From Phoronis australis (taxonomy: Eukaryota > Animalia > Phoronida): 64,000 nucleotides of DNA. The stretch lies in contig NMRA01000043.1 of NCBI GenBank assembly GCA_002633005.1, positions 1,263,924 to 1,327,923 on the forward strand. Reading direction: 5' to 3'. The notes under the pieces were generated by a model, which was not told where the DNA came from, searched no databases, and saw only the letters and a program-made list of their open reading frames with translations. Numbering within the stretch: position 1 is the stretch's first letter; each line of letters begins with the position of its first letter. Positions 49,226 through 62,626 of this stretch are shown one piece after another. Position numbers and translations under genes: made by a program.

Positions 49226-52200
49226 CCCCCCCCCCGCCTTGAAAAGGCGCTACGGGGACGCCAAAGCTACGCTTTGAGAGCGTCGAATCACAAAATTTAC
49301 TGCTTTAAGCTGCATGTATAAAATTTCCAGTTTCCTTGTGTTGACCGTGTGTCCAGTATTTTTTTTTTATTAAAATAATTGTTGCTTTTACTTAACACGC
49401 GATGAGCTGCCTGGCGCCGGATTAGCGCGTGAGAAATACGACACAGAACCTCTTCGCCTTTTGCCTTTGAGAAAAACAATTTAACTCAGGTATTCAGCGG
49501 ACCACTAAGAAATTCTCGGTTCGATCAGTAGGTTGGAAACATGAATTCAAATACTTCGATCTGCTTCTTAATTTATGTATCTCGCAATTTCAGTTCGATG
49601 GCGACCGAAAAAAGTCTGGTTCCGAGAACAAATAAGGTCTTGCATGATGAAACATTTCTCTTAAATTGGCTATAGCGAATCAGAAGCAGGTTCTATTAGT
49701 TGGGACCAAGGGTCATCAAACTCATCCAGGGCGGATCCAGGATTTTGAGTTGAGGGGGGGCAGGGCAGAGTATTAGTTATGGTTTTGCCCGTCAGACATT
49801 TGCACACCAGAACTTCCAAATGGAATCTAGGTAGTGGGGCCATGGCCCCTTTGTCCCCCCCCCCGGCCCCCAAATCCCCCACTGAGGACAAATCCCATGA
49901 TGCTAACAAGTCGCTCGATGTACTAACCTACTTGCAGCATACAGCACTGCTCAGTTGAATCACCAGTGACAACACCCTATATTCCTTGAATTTCTCCGCC
50001 CCAGTTTGAAACGGGTACTGAATGCGCCCATTAGTAGCAAAAATGACAGCAATGATGAAACATGCGACAAGGTGGTTGAAAGGGTAATATACAAGCACTG
50101 AACGTCAAATAATAATTTAAGCATCAGTACGTATGACCAAGGAATACAATCGAATCAGCATTCACAAGCCCAAACTATAATATAGCAGTATCCACGTACG
50201 ATGAATTGAACAGAGAAAACAATTACTTTGGCACGATGTTAGGTCGTCAAAACAATGCAACGTACATGTAATAACTGAACTAGGCACCCAAAGCGCAGGT
50301 TTGAGACATTTTCATTTACATAATCTACTAAAAGTAATTTTAGGCCGATTTCCCGAAAGCAAGTGCGCTTACATGAACAGCAACGGGGAGAGAAGAGCAT
50401 GCCAGACGGGACTTCAGTTCCTACGTCGGGGGGTTTGGAGGACCTCCGGCCAAAAAATTCATCGTGTCACTCCAATAACGTGAACTACGTTTCATTCCAG
50501 TGATAGTCTCAGTGTTACAGTTTGTGCACTCCAAAGGCAAATTAAGAACTCATTGTTTACGGTTGTCGCGCAGTGACTTGAAATCATGAGCGGCACCTTG
50601 TACTGGGGCCAACACAGTGTACAAAGGCATTGACATCAAACCGTTTTACCTCGGCACTGATCTCAGAGATCGAGCGCGAGTTTTCTACAAAACTTTATTC
50701 TTTATCAAAAATGCTCATCAGACATAACTATTCTTTGAATGTGTTATCAAAGCTACCATAAGGACTGAACGTTGTGTGATTCATAAATAATGGACTTCCA
50801 AGTTCCTCAAACTACCACCCTTGTAGTGGCGGTCAGTGGTATGCTATATAGTGTTTTTTATTTTTTATCTCACATTTTTGTTAGTTTTAATTTGCTATCA
50901 TCAGCTTTCCAGACCAATTTGTAATCCAATCTACTTCCCGCGTGATTAATCGACAGTCTGTGCCGGATTTATAAGCATCGTCCCTCCACCAGAGAAAACT
51001 GACCTTCTGAAAAGGGACCCAAATCATCAAGAATAAAAGTCAGTTAATTTCATCATCGGGTGACCCACAAAAAATTGTACGATTTCTCGAAAAATGGAGG
51101 CAGTTGATTCCCCCATTGGATCCCCTCCATGCATGAGCGAACCCCTGGAAGGAAAATGTGCAATTCAAAAACAAGAAAACATCAAAAGTGGTCATGTACG
51201 CCATCGATTGGTCCTTTCCAAGTCCTGGGCCCTCCTACATGAAAGGGTATGTATGATTTTAAAAATAAGACTAAAATGAGTAACTAAGTTTTGGCAGCGA
51301 CTGCCGATAGGCGGCGACACTTCAAACATACTCGTTGGTTCCCTGCGTGCAATTAGGTGGTAGCCAGTTGCCGACTTGGCTAGGCACAACCAGCGAGCCA
51401 AACATACAGCGAAACGTGTAGAAGGGAGAAAATTCAAGATTTTAATGTTAGGGAAAAACTTTGTCAGCGATATCCAGCGCCATAGTATATTTTTAGAGAA
51501 TCCAAAACTTCGTTACTCAAGAGATCCGTCGAGGGATGACATAACAAACTGTCGCTCGCTTTTCCATTTTTCAAAATATTTCCTTTTAATGCGTTCCATG
51601 ATGAAAGGGGCACTGGTAATAATAACAACGATAAATTTTCTAAGTATATGGGCTCCCTAAAACATGTTAATCAAAAGCATCGCAACATCAATTCAGGCAC
51701 ATTGCTTGAACTGAGAGTGCAATAGTAAAACACGGAGAGCCATAGTATAGTTTGAAGAACTTGAAGGTCATTTTGTAAATTATCAAAAAAATCCCGACAG
51801 TTTTATACATAAGAATATCGACTATTTTGCCTAAAAAAATCTAAGAACGCTAGGTATTCTCACCAGGATTCAAATTGGGCCGCGTTGAAACGACAAATGA
51901 TGCCATTTGAAACGTTGAGCTACAGATTCAGTAAAAAATAACCAGTCGACATTTTACGGGTTGACAGAAACCACTTCAAGTTACTAAATAGTCTCGATTT
52001 ATGTGACAACCAATGAAAAATTAAATATGGTGGCTCAAAAGTTGTTCGGTGGTGATTAAATTAGGGTGCAGGAATTCAAATTTGAAAGTGGTGACCCAAA
52101 AAGCGGGGTCAGAGTGCACTGGATATTCATTTTGAGATCACTTCGTTATTTACGCTATCCATAGTTTATGGTGAAGAAGCGTTTGTTCTCAAAACTCGCT

Positions 52201-52767
52201 GTGCACCAAATTCGTGGGAGTACGTCAGTCTAACGAATTATCAATAAATTTTACGGATTTCAAAGTTTTCAAGATGTTTACTATCGTTAAAGGCAATCCG
52301 TTGAAAGCCTGGTGACGACATGGTACCGAAAACAACGATCGTGGGTAAAAAACACTGACGACCTCTGGGCAGCAGGGTTTGATGCGAAGTAGAATTTGTC
52401 TATGCCCCTCCAATAACATTTGTCTTCTGGGCCCGAAACTGTATAATGCAGAGCCGGGTTTTTATTTTTTTCTCGGATACACCGGCAACATCCATGTAGA
52501 TCAACTCGCCGGCTACGTTTTTGAACCTGTGTAAGCGCATACTTATGACGTATGAGCTTGACCTTTCGATCACAAATTTATATTTGCCTAGCTTCATATT
52601 CATAAAATCAGTTCAACCAAAATTCTTCCTAAGGGAATGCCATCGGCATTCTTCACACAAATCCAATTATCAGCGTTAACATATCGCAGTGTATTTATGA
52701 ATTTACACATGGTGACCAATTGAACAAACTCTCCAACACTACCGCGGTACCTTTAACGACCATCATG

Positions 52768-53844
52768 AACAAAATACAGAACAAGTAAAAATTAAGTCAA
52801 TCACTGTAATTTGCCTACTTGAGTTAGCGGCGCTGCGTCCGTCTCTCACGGACTTCAGCTTGGCTAGTGATGTTTTTATCGTTTTGGCCAATAGGTGACG
52901 TTTTAAACAGTCGACGTGGTATCGATGTGATGTAATGGGGAAACCAAGCGCGGCCTTTTCGCGATCCAGACAGGAACCGTAAGTGTGACAGTTGGTTTAT
53001 TCCTATAAATCTGAAAATTTAGAACATTTATTTTGGGATTGTTTTTTGTTAAGCCTTTTTGTAAAAGAATAGCTGAATATTATATTCACGCAAAAATGTC
53101 GATATATCGATAGATTTTCAGACTGTCGTATTTGGTCGGTAAAATTGGAAAGCGAATGAATTGTTGAATCTTATTATCATTCTTTTGGCCAAAAAGCATA
53201 CGTAGTGTAGAAAGCTGAAAGTAGATCTTCCATCTATAACACTTTTCAAAAACGAATTAGAAATTAAGTTCACATTCGAAAGATATAATTATTGTAAAAA
53301 TGATTAGGAGACATAGGCCTATTTCCTCAAAGATGGTCTGTTTTTTCCTCTTTAAAAAGAAACTACAGATAAGAAAAGTACATTTGGTGTTTTTGGTTTG
53401 TGAAATTGAGTTCTCGGTGAAATGTGTGCATGCATGTCTGAGTGATGTGTCATTGGGGATTTCTGTCTTTGTACTGTGTTATTATTGTTTCAATTCAATA
53501 AATGTTAAAAAGTGTGTCGGACAGTTAGAACCTTAACCCACGTTATTTATTCTGGGAGGGGCGCTCGATGCGTTCGTGGAGAGATTCTTTTGGCACCTCT
53601 GCTGAACCAAAGAGCTCTCCACGAACGCTTAAAGCACCCGTCTATGAATAAACAAGGTTAATAAAGTTCCAACTATCTCACTTAGTGTATTTACTCGATG
53701 CTGCGTCATCTGGGTAAATCGCCACCTATTGGCCAGAACGATAATAATACACCATCTAAGTAGAAGTACGTGAGAGACGGACGCAACGTTGCTAACGCGA
53801 GTAAGCAAATTCCAGTATTTGTTTAATTTTTTCTGTATTTTGTT
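52768..53844. repeat. ~155-bp imperfect inverted repeat pair (52768-52925 / 53695-53844) with a ~170-bp hairpin at ~53510-53685
   Basis: GCGTCCGTCTCTCACG and TGGCCAATAGGTG occur in opposite orientations; inner palindrome GCGTTCGTGGAGAG...CTCTCCACGAACGC. Confidence 0.7.
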
Positions 53845-55869
53845 ACCTCAACTGGATGTCTCTAAACTTTCATGTTTTGATCATCATGAATATTACAGGT
53901 AATACAAACCCTGTGAATTAAAAAAACATACCCAGCGACTGAAATCAAAGCATAAAACTGAGACGCGATGTCTGTTTCCACGAAGGCCTTCGTCGTTATT
54001 CGATCGGAACGCAGTACGTACAGTACAACTAGACTCACGATTAAACAAACGATAACTACGACTAAAAAACTTGGTACCGGCCTGACACCTCGTGTTCTTC
54101 TGCTTGCTCGTGTATAAGGGGCTACAGGTTTTCGTCCGCTTTTTCATGTTTGCAGGGACTGGATTGAGTGCATGCCTTTCATTCCCCGTTTGGTTCGTTA
54201 GAAGACAGTCCCGTTCTGGTACAGTGGAGTCACCTTACTGCCATACCGCATACCCGTAAAAACGCAGATATTGTCATTGAAAAATGAGCAAAATTTGATT
54301 CTCACCTAGTTATTATGACATGCACCTCCGCTTTTCTATCTGAAAACCAACTTCATTCCTTATGCAAAATTCCTGTGTTCATTTGCATTATCGGTAAAAA
54401 AATAGCGAATTCCTTTCTCATTCTCATCGAGATTAAAGAAAAATGATGATTTCGAACTACACGAAGTATCACATGACTAATTTAATAATGAATGAGAACT
54501 CGATATATATAAGTTCTCCGCATTGAATATTTGTACAGGAACGCGTCTACCACTGAGCCTATAACTATCATCTTGCCCTAAGTTGAGTTCCGTATACACA
54601 AGAATCTCGCTAGTAAAGCTAGTGCGGTTACGTTCTTCGCTTGCAGTGCATGGTGATATCTCGTGAAGTCGTGGGTGGTCTTGCGTTCTTGCGAGGTTCC
54701 CTCGTCCACGGAAAGCTACCCGGCCTGCTCCACGCAGCAACGATAGTCTCTAAGTCGGAACCCGCTTAATAGTCCAGTCATTCTAGGGCTCCAGAGGGCC
54801 CAACCTAGAAAAAATTGCAACAGAAGGTTTTTTTGCATAAATGGCATCTTCAAACATCCCTTGGTGTCAGAAAAAAAATCTACCGAAATCGGAGTGGCGG
54901 AAGTCGGTTTTTCAAGATGGCGGAAAAATGGCCGACAAAACCGGTGATTACTGTTTTCTGGCATATTACTCTTATGAAACAGCTAAAAATAAAACAATAA
55001 AGTTTGTCATTGATTATATACTTTTCATAACAGGCATACCAATCAAAAGATGCCAATTTTCCGTAACATAAAACCAATATGGCCGACAAAATGGCGGCCG
55101 AAAGGGCAATTTGGTACATGTTGCAAGATTTCTTTTCATATTTTGCCCTGAAAATGGCAAAAGTTTTATTCTTTTGTAAGTTAGACAATTTAAAATATCT
55201 GTACCTTACAATTGGTCACTGGTTTGCGAGAAAAAAATCAAGATGGCTGGCAAAATGGCCGCCAAAATGGCTGCCAATTCACAAACCCCAATTTACCGCA
55301 TTTACTTTCTGCAAACTTTGTTTGTAACCTGATACGCATTTGCACAAAAACAACTTACAATCTACAGTCAGGGTTAATGAGTTGACTGTTTCTATAATTT
55401 CTTTTTAAGATTTATATACTAAATGTGGAATTTTAATCACAATTTAGATTATATAACATAAAAATTGGTGTGTTTTTCAGAAAAGGCTTTAGTTAAATTT
55501 TTATTATAAATTTCACAAACTCTATTATTTTTCTGTAAAATATATTCATTTGAGGTATCAAAAATAATATTTGTTAGAAAAACATGTTAATCTGGTGGAG
55601 TTATTAGCTTATTCATTATACAAACCCTTAATAAAATTGGGCTTGAAGTGGCTTCTTTCTCTGCTATTGGAGATATTATTAGTTGTTCCCAAGCATCGAT
55701 TTCGTCTGCTGCTGGCATGTATTGAGAATTAGCTGCTGATTTCACCTGAATTTGATGAAAAGCAAATAGGATTGTGTAACAAAAAGTTATTAATTACATT
55801 TTAATAGTTAGGACCCACAATTTGGTTAATATGCATGATTTTTATAAATAAATTCAACTGATTTTAGAG

Positions 55870-58630
55870 GAAATTAGTGCCTGCAAACAAAACGATAGTG
55901 ATCTGCTGTCACTTGTTCTTAGCCAGGCTTGGAAGATTTCATACTGAGATAAGCTTTCTGAGATGTATTGGATACATAATTTCAGGCACAGTGCTTCAAG
56001 AAGTTCTTGAGACGGTGCATGCATCAAACAGTGTGATCCTTATGTTAAATGGAAGAAGTGTGGATAGAGCAGTGAGGGGGCATATGTTGGTAGACTCAGC
56101 ACTGAATGCTATCATAAAAGCCAGAACATTCAACATCCCACTTCCAAATATTGACAGATCAAGTAACGCCAATCCAAAACCAATGAAGAAATAAATTCAG
56201 GTTCTTCAGAAATTCCAGGAGTCCGGAATGTCACCAATACAGAACACACAGATTATATGCCAAGAGGTGGAGCAGTTCAATGCTTGTACACAAATTTTGG
56301 CTCGTCAGAATTTGGAGACAGATTCTTCAGACATCTCAGACATCCCAACTGATCACATAACTAGATGTATACTATGGAGCATGCCATGTCCAGCCAGTGT
56401 CTTCTGATTCTGAACCTTGGATTACAGTGGAATGCCCTCACGAGAGTTCACTTCTGGTTTCCGACCTAGTGCCATTGGTATATTCAAAAATGATTGAATC
56501 AGAGGATAGGTCTTCAGAATCCACAGTGACAGAGAATAGTTCGTCAGAAGAATCAATGGCCAATGATATTCTTCATGATGATGTGAGAGCTGGTCTGAAG
56601 AGGTATGATGATCTTATTGCTGGCATGACGTCTGTGTGCGACGATGTATGCTCGTCGGAGTGTCTTGCGGGTATCCATAAAAAATCAAAGCACATAAATC
56701 AGACTTGTCCATGCAAAGTCCAATCATTAGTCTTTGACTACAGTATATGAAGGTGATTGACATCCTTCGACTTTTTTAAAAGCAGAAATAACGTCAGATT
56801 GGGAGCTTCACCTAAAAGTAGTTTTTGAAATGCTGCCTTACTGTGCCGCTGCTGGTCACAACTCTTATGCAAAATCTTCATACATATACTTGACTGAAGC
56901 AGACGTAGCAACTCAAAGACACCCGTCCAGACGTCTACGGCCATCAAACCATAAGACAAAGTGACAGATTCTGGGCAGGCTTGTCATAATGAGATAAGAC
57001 CTTGTAATTGAACAAATACTCATGAAAAGCATTAAAACAACAGGAGGTTTAACTTGAAGTTTCGAAATGGGAGATACACAGAGTGCACTGTGGCTGCTTT
57101 CCTTGCCGGCATGCTCAAGTATAAATGGTGCCATGCAGACTATGACAAACTTGAGTTGTGAAACAAGTCAGCAGCATAAAGAATGTACCCAGGCAAGACA
57201 GTCGCGTGACGACAAAGACATCTGCAGCATTGTTGAATTCATGCTGCTAACAGTAATTTTACACAAGTGGATCCACGACTGCTATTTCAGCGAATCCTGA
57301 CAGCTGCAAAAGACAACAGTAAAAGTTCATCAAGCCTTTTGAAGTTTGAGCTGTGTGTTGGTTCCCCTGTTCTTTTTGATACATTTGGTCTTCCCCGAGT
57401 CGCTAATAAATCAATATGAGCTGATGCACTCTGGTCCAGTGGAGGACTACCTGAGGATTTCAATTTCCAGCAAACACGGTGATGCATGTAATCGACGGCG
57501 GTTCTTTCCTTCACCGTATTCCATGGCCTAGAGGTGCAACGTATCAGTCATTTGGTAGAGCTTATGTGGATTACATCAGCAAGTGCACCCAGCCTATTGT
57601 TGTTTTTGATGGTTACTGAGATGGACCATCAACTAAAGATGTCTTTCATGTTCGAAGACTGGGTGGGGTGGTTGGAACTGAAGTTCACTTCAATGGTGAC
57701 ATGGTGATCAAGTAAAAAAGGAACATTTTTGGCAAAAAGCAAAAACAAACGATTCACTCACTTCTTGTCAAGTTTGCTAGGAAATGCTGGTTGCACAGTG
57801 GTACAAGCTCAAGGTGACACAGATGTTTTAATTGTAGAAACAGCAGTAGAGAACGCAGCACAAGGTCCAACTACCCTTATTGCAGACGATACAGACTTGT
57901 TGGTTCTTTTGCGTTACCATGCTACTTCACAACAAATTTCATGTTCATGAAATTTGACAAGAGACACCAAAGCAAGAGGAGAGTCTGGGACATCAAGGAA
58001 CTACAGTTGTCTCTTGGTGCCGAAACTTGCGCAGTTTTGCCATTTGCGCATGCAATAGGTGGTTGCAACACAACATTACAGCTGTTCGGTATTAGCAAAG
58101 GCTCTCCCATTCAAGAAACTGCGTGATCGAGAATTCTGCAAAAACTCTGGTAAGAGTATTCACTAGACACATGCAGCTGAAGCAAGACATATTTGAAGCT
58201 GGTAAGAGTTGTATCTGTGCTTCATGGCGGTACTGGCTCTGGAAATTTGGATGACTTGCGATACAGGCAATTTGTGGATGAGGTGTCAGACTAGCCACAG
58301 TCCAAATACAGTCATTATCACCAACTTTCTTCAGTAGCTAAATTCCGTGCTGCCGGGACATATTATCAAGAGCAAGAGCGGTCAATTTTCCGTGGCAGTG
58401 GCCTAGACTCGCTGTATTGGGGATGGATGATGGCAGGTGGAAAATTCATTCCCACGATGACGTACCATTCAGCAGCACCAGAGAACCTGCTGAAAGTAGT
58501 GAGATGCTCGGGTAAGACCAACTGCAGTTGCAAGAGATGTTCTTGCAGGAAGTTAGGATAGCCGTACTCGGTTGCATGTGGAGAATGCCGTGGTTTTAGC
58601 TGCAGCAATTCATTCCGAGTTGACAGAGAT
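55870..58630 (+). pseudogene. AcademX transposase/XPG polyprotein remnant with many stops and frameshifts
   Basis: RLGRFHTEISFLRCIG...NSVILMLNGRSVDRAVRGHMLVDSAL; DLVIEQILMKSIKTTGGLT (~57000); VIDGGSFLHRIPWP (~57490); VVFDGY; AQGDTDVLIV...ADDTDLLVLL; HAIGGCNTT..LFGISKG (PIN/H3TH); WGW...APENLLKVVRCSGKTNCSCKRCSCRK...ACGECRGFSCSN. Confidence 0.85.
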
Positions 58631-58964
58631 TAGTTGTGTAAATACTGGTTGATTGTGTATAGATTCACTAGCATTTACAACTAACTGGAAGTGACACAGA
58701 CAGTGTGGATAGTAGATCACTGAATTAATTGCAGAGAGTTATTTTCAATACAGCATATTTTTTCAGGAGGAAAATGATCCTTCAGCTCAGGCAAACCTGA
58801 TGTTTTTGACCCAAATAAGTTATTCGTTAAACCATCTTGAAAATGGTAGTCGTAATCATCAAGAGCCAGACAAAAATTATTGTAATGGATGTGCTGACTT
58901 AAAAAACTCAGGATATGGCGTGTCTCTGGAATCTGAAGTTCTTACACGAAGCAACTATTTGGTG

Positions 58965-59600
58965 GCCATCTTAGAAAATGGTGGAAGTAATCATTAGAGC
59001 CAAACGCAATGAGTCTAAATGGATTAGCCGACCCAGAAAACCTATGATACTTGAAGCAAGGCGACACATTAATCTGTTTGTGCGAAGTTGTGCGATTCGG
59101 AATAGTTTTGAAGGCCATCTTTGAAAATGGCTGATGGTGTCACCACGGCCATGCAAAACTTTTCCAATGGATTTGTTGACCCACAAAAGATAGGTAAACA
59201 TTTTTGAATTTTTACTCTATCACATTCCACTCTCGAGTTATAATAATCATCTGCAAATCTGGCGGCCATTTTGTCCGCCATCTTGGAAATGGTGGAAGTA
59301 ATCATTAGTGCCAAATGCAATGAGTCTCAATGGATTAGTCGACCCAGAAAACCTATGATGCGATGTTTGAAGCAAGACGACACACTAATCTGTTCGTGTG
59401 AAGTTGTGCGACTCAAGTAGATTTGGCGGCCATCTTGGAAAATGGCGGACGGTGTCACCACAGCCATGTAAAACCATTTCCAATGGATTTTTTGACCCAC
59501 AAAACATAGGTAAACCTTTTTGAATTTTTACTCTATCACATTCCACTCTTGAGTTATAGTGCGCATCAGAAAATCTGGCGGCCATTTTGTCCGCCATCTT
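58965..59600. repeat. ~312-bp tandem duplication in the right subterminal region of the Academ element
   Basis: GCCATCTT(A/G)GAAA(A)TGGTGGAAGTAATCATTAG starts at about 58965 and 59277. Confidence 0.85.
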
Positions 59601-60866
59601 GAAAAACCAACTTCCGCCACTCCGATTCCGGTAGACTTTTTTTTTGTCACTAAGGGGTGTGAAAGGATACGATTTATGCAATAAAACCTTCTGTTGCAAT
59701 TTTTTCCGGGTTATCCGTAGAATGACTGGACTATAATGGAGTATCCCGCTTCTCATAATTTACGTCGAAACCGAGGGTATGACATTAAGCGGCTACATCG
59801 TACCGGAATTTTCCTTGGGCATTTATTCGGCATACTTTTCCGAATAAACTCCCATGGGCGTTTCATCGGGTGGGCTTATCTACAGAAAATCCCGGTACCA
59901 CAAAATGTCGACATCGTAAACCTTTTGAATGTACCTTGAACTTGGCAAATAGGAAGAAAAGAAAGACAGCCCTATCGGCCCTAATTGATATCCCAAAAGC
60001 TAATTTACGTGGTCAAACAAATTACAGACTGACTACGACAATACAACGATAAAATATGCCTACAGGCTGAAATTAATCCAGTATGTACTGAAAAGAGTTT
60101 TGGCTTTTCAAACTTCTTTCTCTTTCAAATTAGGTCAGTAGTGAATATGTAGAGAATAGTTCCACTGGATGTCTGTAACATAGCTCTTTGAAGTCACCAT
60201 CACAGTCACTAGATGTTCACATGAAGCGCCTCCTAGAGGTAGACTAGTTTGCGTGCGTCCCAGTTTTTATGAATGGCCTCCATCCGAGTCTTTTCAGACC
60301 GTGCATTTCACCCGTCCATATTGTCATGCACGAGAGGATAATATAACTGTCGCTGAAAAAGTGAACGCGTGAATTTGGAAGTCATTGACAGAATGACTGT
60401 CGTATAATGTGTGGTATGAGTTCATTTTGCAATAGTTAACGGTAAACATATAAGCGTGTCGTGATCATGTTTAGTAGTTGACTGTGCCGACTACTTAGTT
60501 TTGACTTATCAACGTTCGTGTGAATCTTACAGCACTTCTCGCCAACTCAAAATCACAATTTCCCCCAAACTCAACATCTCATTGGTGTGTTTCATGAATT
60601 TTGATGATAAACACCGCCCCCCGATTGGGCGGACGACGTGGTGCGACTGACAGTAACGTGTTCTACCATAGACTGCATTATCCACGCGTGCATTTCAACA
60701 CGTATGAACGACTGAAAGACACGCGTTCTCAAAAGAACACTATAGCGTTCCGTAAATTCCGTGTTGCCTCCGTCAGGTAGACAGACGTGTTAATGGGGTG
60801 AGTTTGACCGGTCGGAGACACTTTAGTTTTCCTGTTCTCCAGAAAAAAAAATCCCCGACAATGTCT

Positions 60867-61027
60867 TTAAAAGACTACTCCCACTCCTCTAGCTTGTTTC
60901 AGGAAGACTAACATACATTCTCGTAGACACGCGTGACAGTATTTGTCGTTGTTGGGATATTGGTAGACGGCTGTGTCACAACGCCGCGCACACTCCTTAC
61001 GGCAAGTCAGGAAGGCACGAATTTTTC
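60867..61027 (-). CDS. Possible terminal exon of a small cysteine-rich protein (candidate upstream exon 63175-63274)
   Basis: Strong acceptor TTTCTCTTTTTTGATTTTAG then KIRAFLTCRKECARRCDTAVYQYPNNDKYCHACLRECMLVFLKQARGVGVVF*; regular Cx3Cx3C-x13-Cx2Cx3C spacing; no homolog recognised. Confidence 0.3.
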
Positions 61028-61602
61028 CTAAAATCAAAAAAGAGAAATTTTTCAGTACCATAACAACTAGTGAACAACAAAATCGTTATTTCGTGTGTGT
61101 TAAGCACACCAACTGCAGTGGCTTAATTTCCAACTGTGACTGCAGAAAACATCCTTTTCACTACTTATTTAAAATCAAAAGCACTCCCACAGTAATATCT
61201 GGACCAGTGTCTGTGAAGTTGAAACTATGATTCGTGAATTTCGCTTTAGACTAAAATGAGAGCCTGGGCTGGGTAAGTTTGATTGTTGCATGACGTCAGG
61301 CGCATTTTTCAACGTGACTCGTGATAATGCGACGTCAGTGTAGTATACGGCGTATGACTTTTACGCAAGTGGGCCCTGCCGGTCATAGCTAAGTGCTTTG
61401 TGCGAAATGACTAAGGCGGTCGTATCTTGAATATCTTTAGGCAAACAATTCATCACCCTGATTGATGGAAATTATGATCACATGTATATGGAACGTTTAG
61501 CTCTTACAGAAAATACTAAGCCGCCTTCGCAATTACATACGTGCCAAAGACCGTCTTAGCAACGACTACCAATACATTTGTTGAAACGGGCACCCAAAGT
61601 GC

Positions 61603-62075
61603 TCGGTTGCATGAAACAGCTCGAAAATAGAGATTCAAATTGGTTACCGAAATCTTTTGCATATTTGTGTTGGTCTTTACTTTCAGATTTAATCCTTTGC
61701 TGTCAATTTGTAGTTTATGAGATACTCTTAAACTAACGACATTCTATAAAATTATATCTAAAAACTGAGCCCTTAGTTGAACGAAAATCAATAGGTATTT
61801 AATCTTTAAATTAGGCGCGTTGCATGAAAAGATCCCTACTTATTTTCAATAATATTGACAATTCAACGTACATGTATAGTAGACCTCACTCTCGATTTGT
61901 ATCTGGGATCTATTCTGAATCTTAGCTAGTTTGTATCAAAGCCAAAATTGACCTTACCAGCACTGAAACTAAAACACCATAAGACAGGACAATCTGTGTT
62001 TTCGCAAGTACGCAGTAGTTTTTGGGACCTTCATTGAGCCTCTATGTTATTTGGAAGCGTTTCTTGCAACCGGAC
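61603..62075. mobile_element. MITE (PIF/Harbinger-like), copy 2 of the 48820 family
   Basis: CGGTTGCATGAAAC ... GTTTCTTGCAACCG ends; interior homologous to 49035-49215. Confidence 0.6.
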
Positions 62076-62626
62076 CCAGAAGCCCAAAATGCCCTAGAAA
62101 TAGGAGGTTTATTCAGCTTGTTGATAAAACGTCACAAGTCTGTTTTTATGTAACATTGAAACCGTCTTAGTAACCTAATCGGAGCGGCATTTAAGCATTT
62201 TAATATGTTCAAGGAAAATTTGACCTTAGCAATGTTGAAAGTGCATTTTGGGCGTTATTGTTGAGTACATGATTTGATTTACATGCGTAATGTACGCGCG
62301 CAAAATTTCAATTATTGCGGATGCGTGTAATATTTTTTACTGACGCACGTAATTTTCGTAGCCTAAGTAACATTCACCGTTTGACCAACAAAAGTTCAGA
62401 ATTCCACTTCGCTTTTCTTAGATTTTGTCCATTGGGTTTCCTGTTGTTCGAACCACTCGCATGATGATCGTCCTTCTAGCACGGTGATTCAGTCAGCAAC
62501 ACTCATCTGTCTCGGCCCGGACATTTTCTGGTACTATCATTAACGAACGACTTCTCCTTCTCATGTATATAGATAAATAATTGTAAATTTTAGTATAGTA
62601 CTCTGTTCTTTGCTTCGCCATTTCAG

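Larger units (their letters stand above)
54770..59733 (+). mobile_element. Academ-superfamily (AcademX type) DNA transposon, decayed and 5'-deleted, 4964 bp
   Basis: Termini TAGTCCAGTCATTCTA...TAGAATGACTGGACTA; 3-bp TSD TAA (54767-54769 and 59734-59736); ~160-bp imperfect TIRs; internal remnants of the transposase + XPG + Cys-rich zinc-finger arrangement that defines AcademX. Confidence 0.85.

Noticed and set aside
49727-49884. hAT-like MITE (CAGGGCGGATCCAGG...AAATCCCCCACTG)
   Set aside because: Termini are degenerate and no 8-bp TSD is visible; probably a repeat remnant but not supportable as a bounded element.
54477-59940. Coding exon interrupted by the Academ insertion (flanks rejoined at TAA)
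   Set aside because: The rejoined flanks contain stops in the minus-strand frames I translated and give no recognisable domain.
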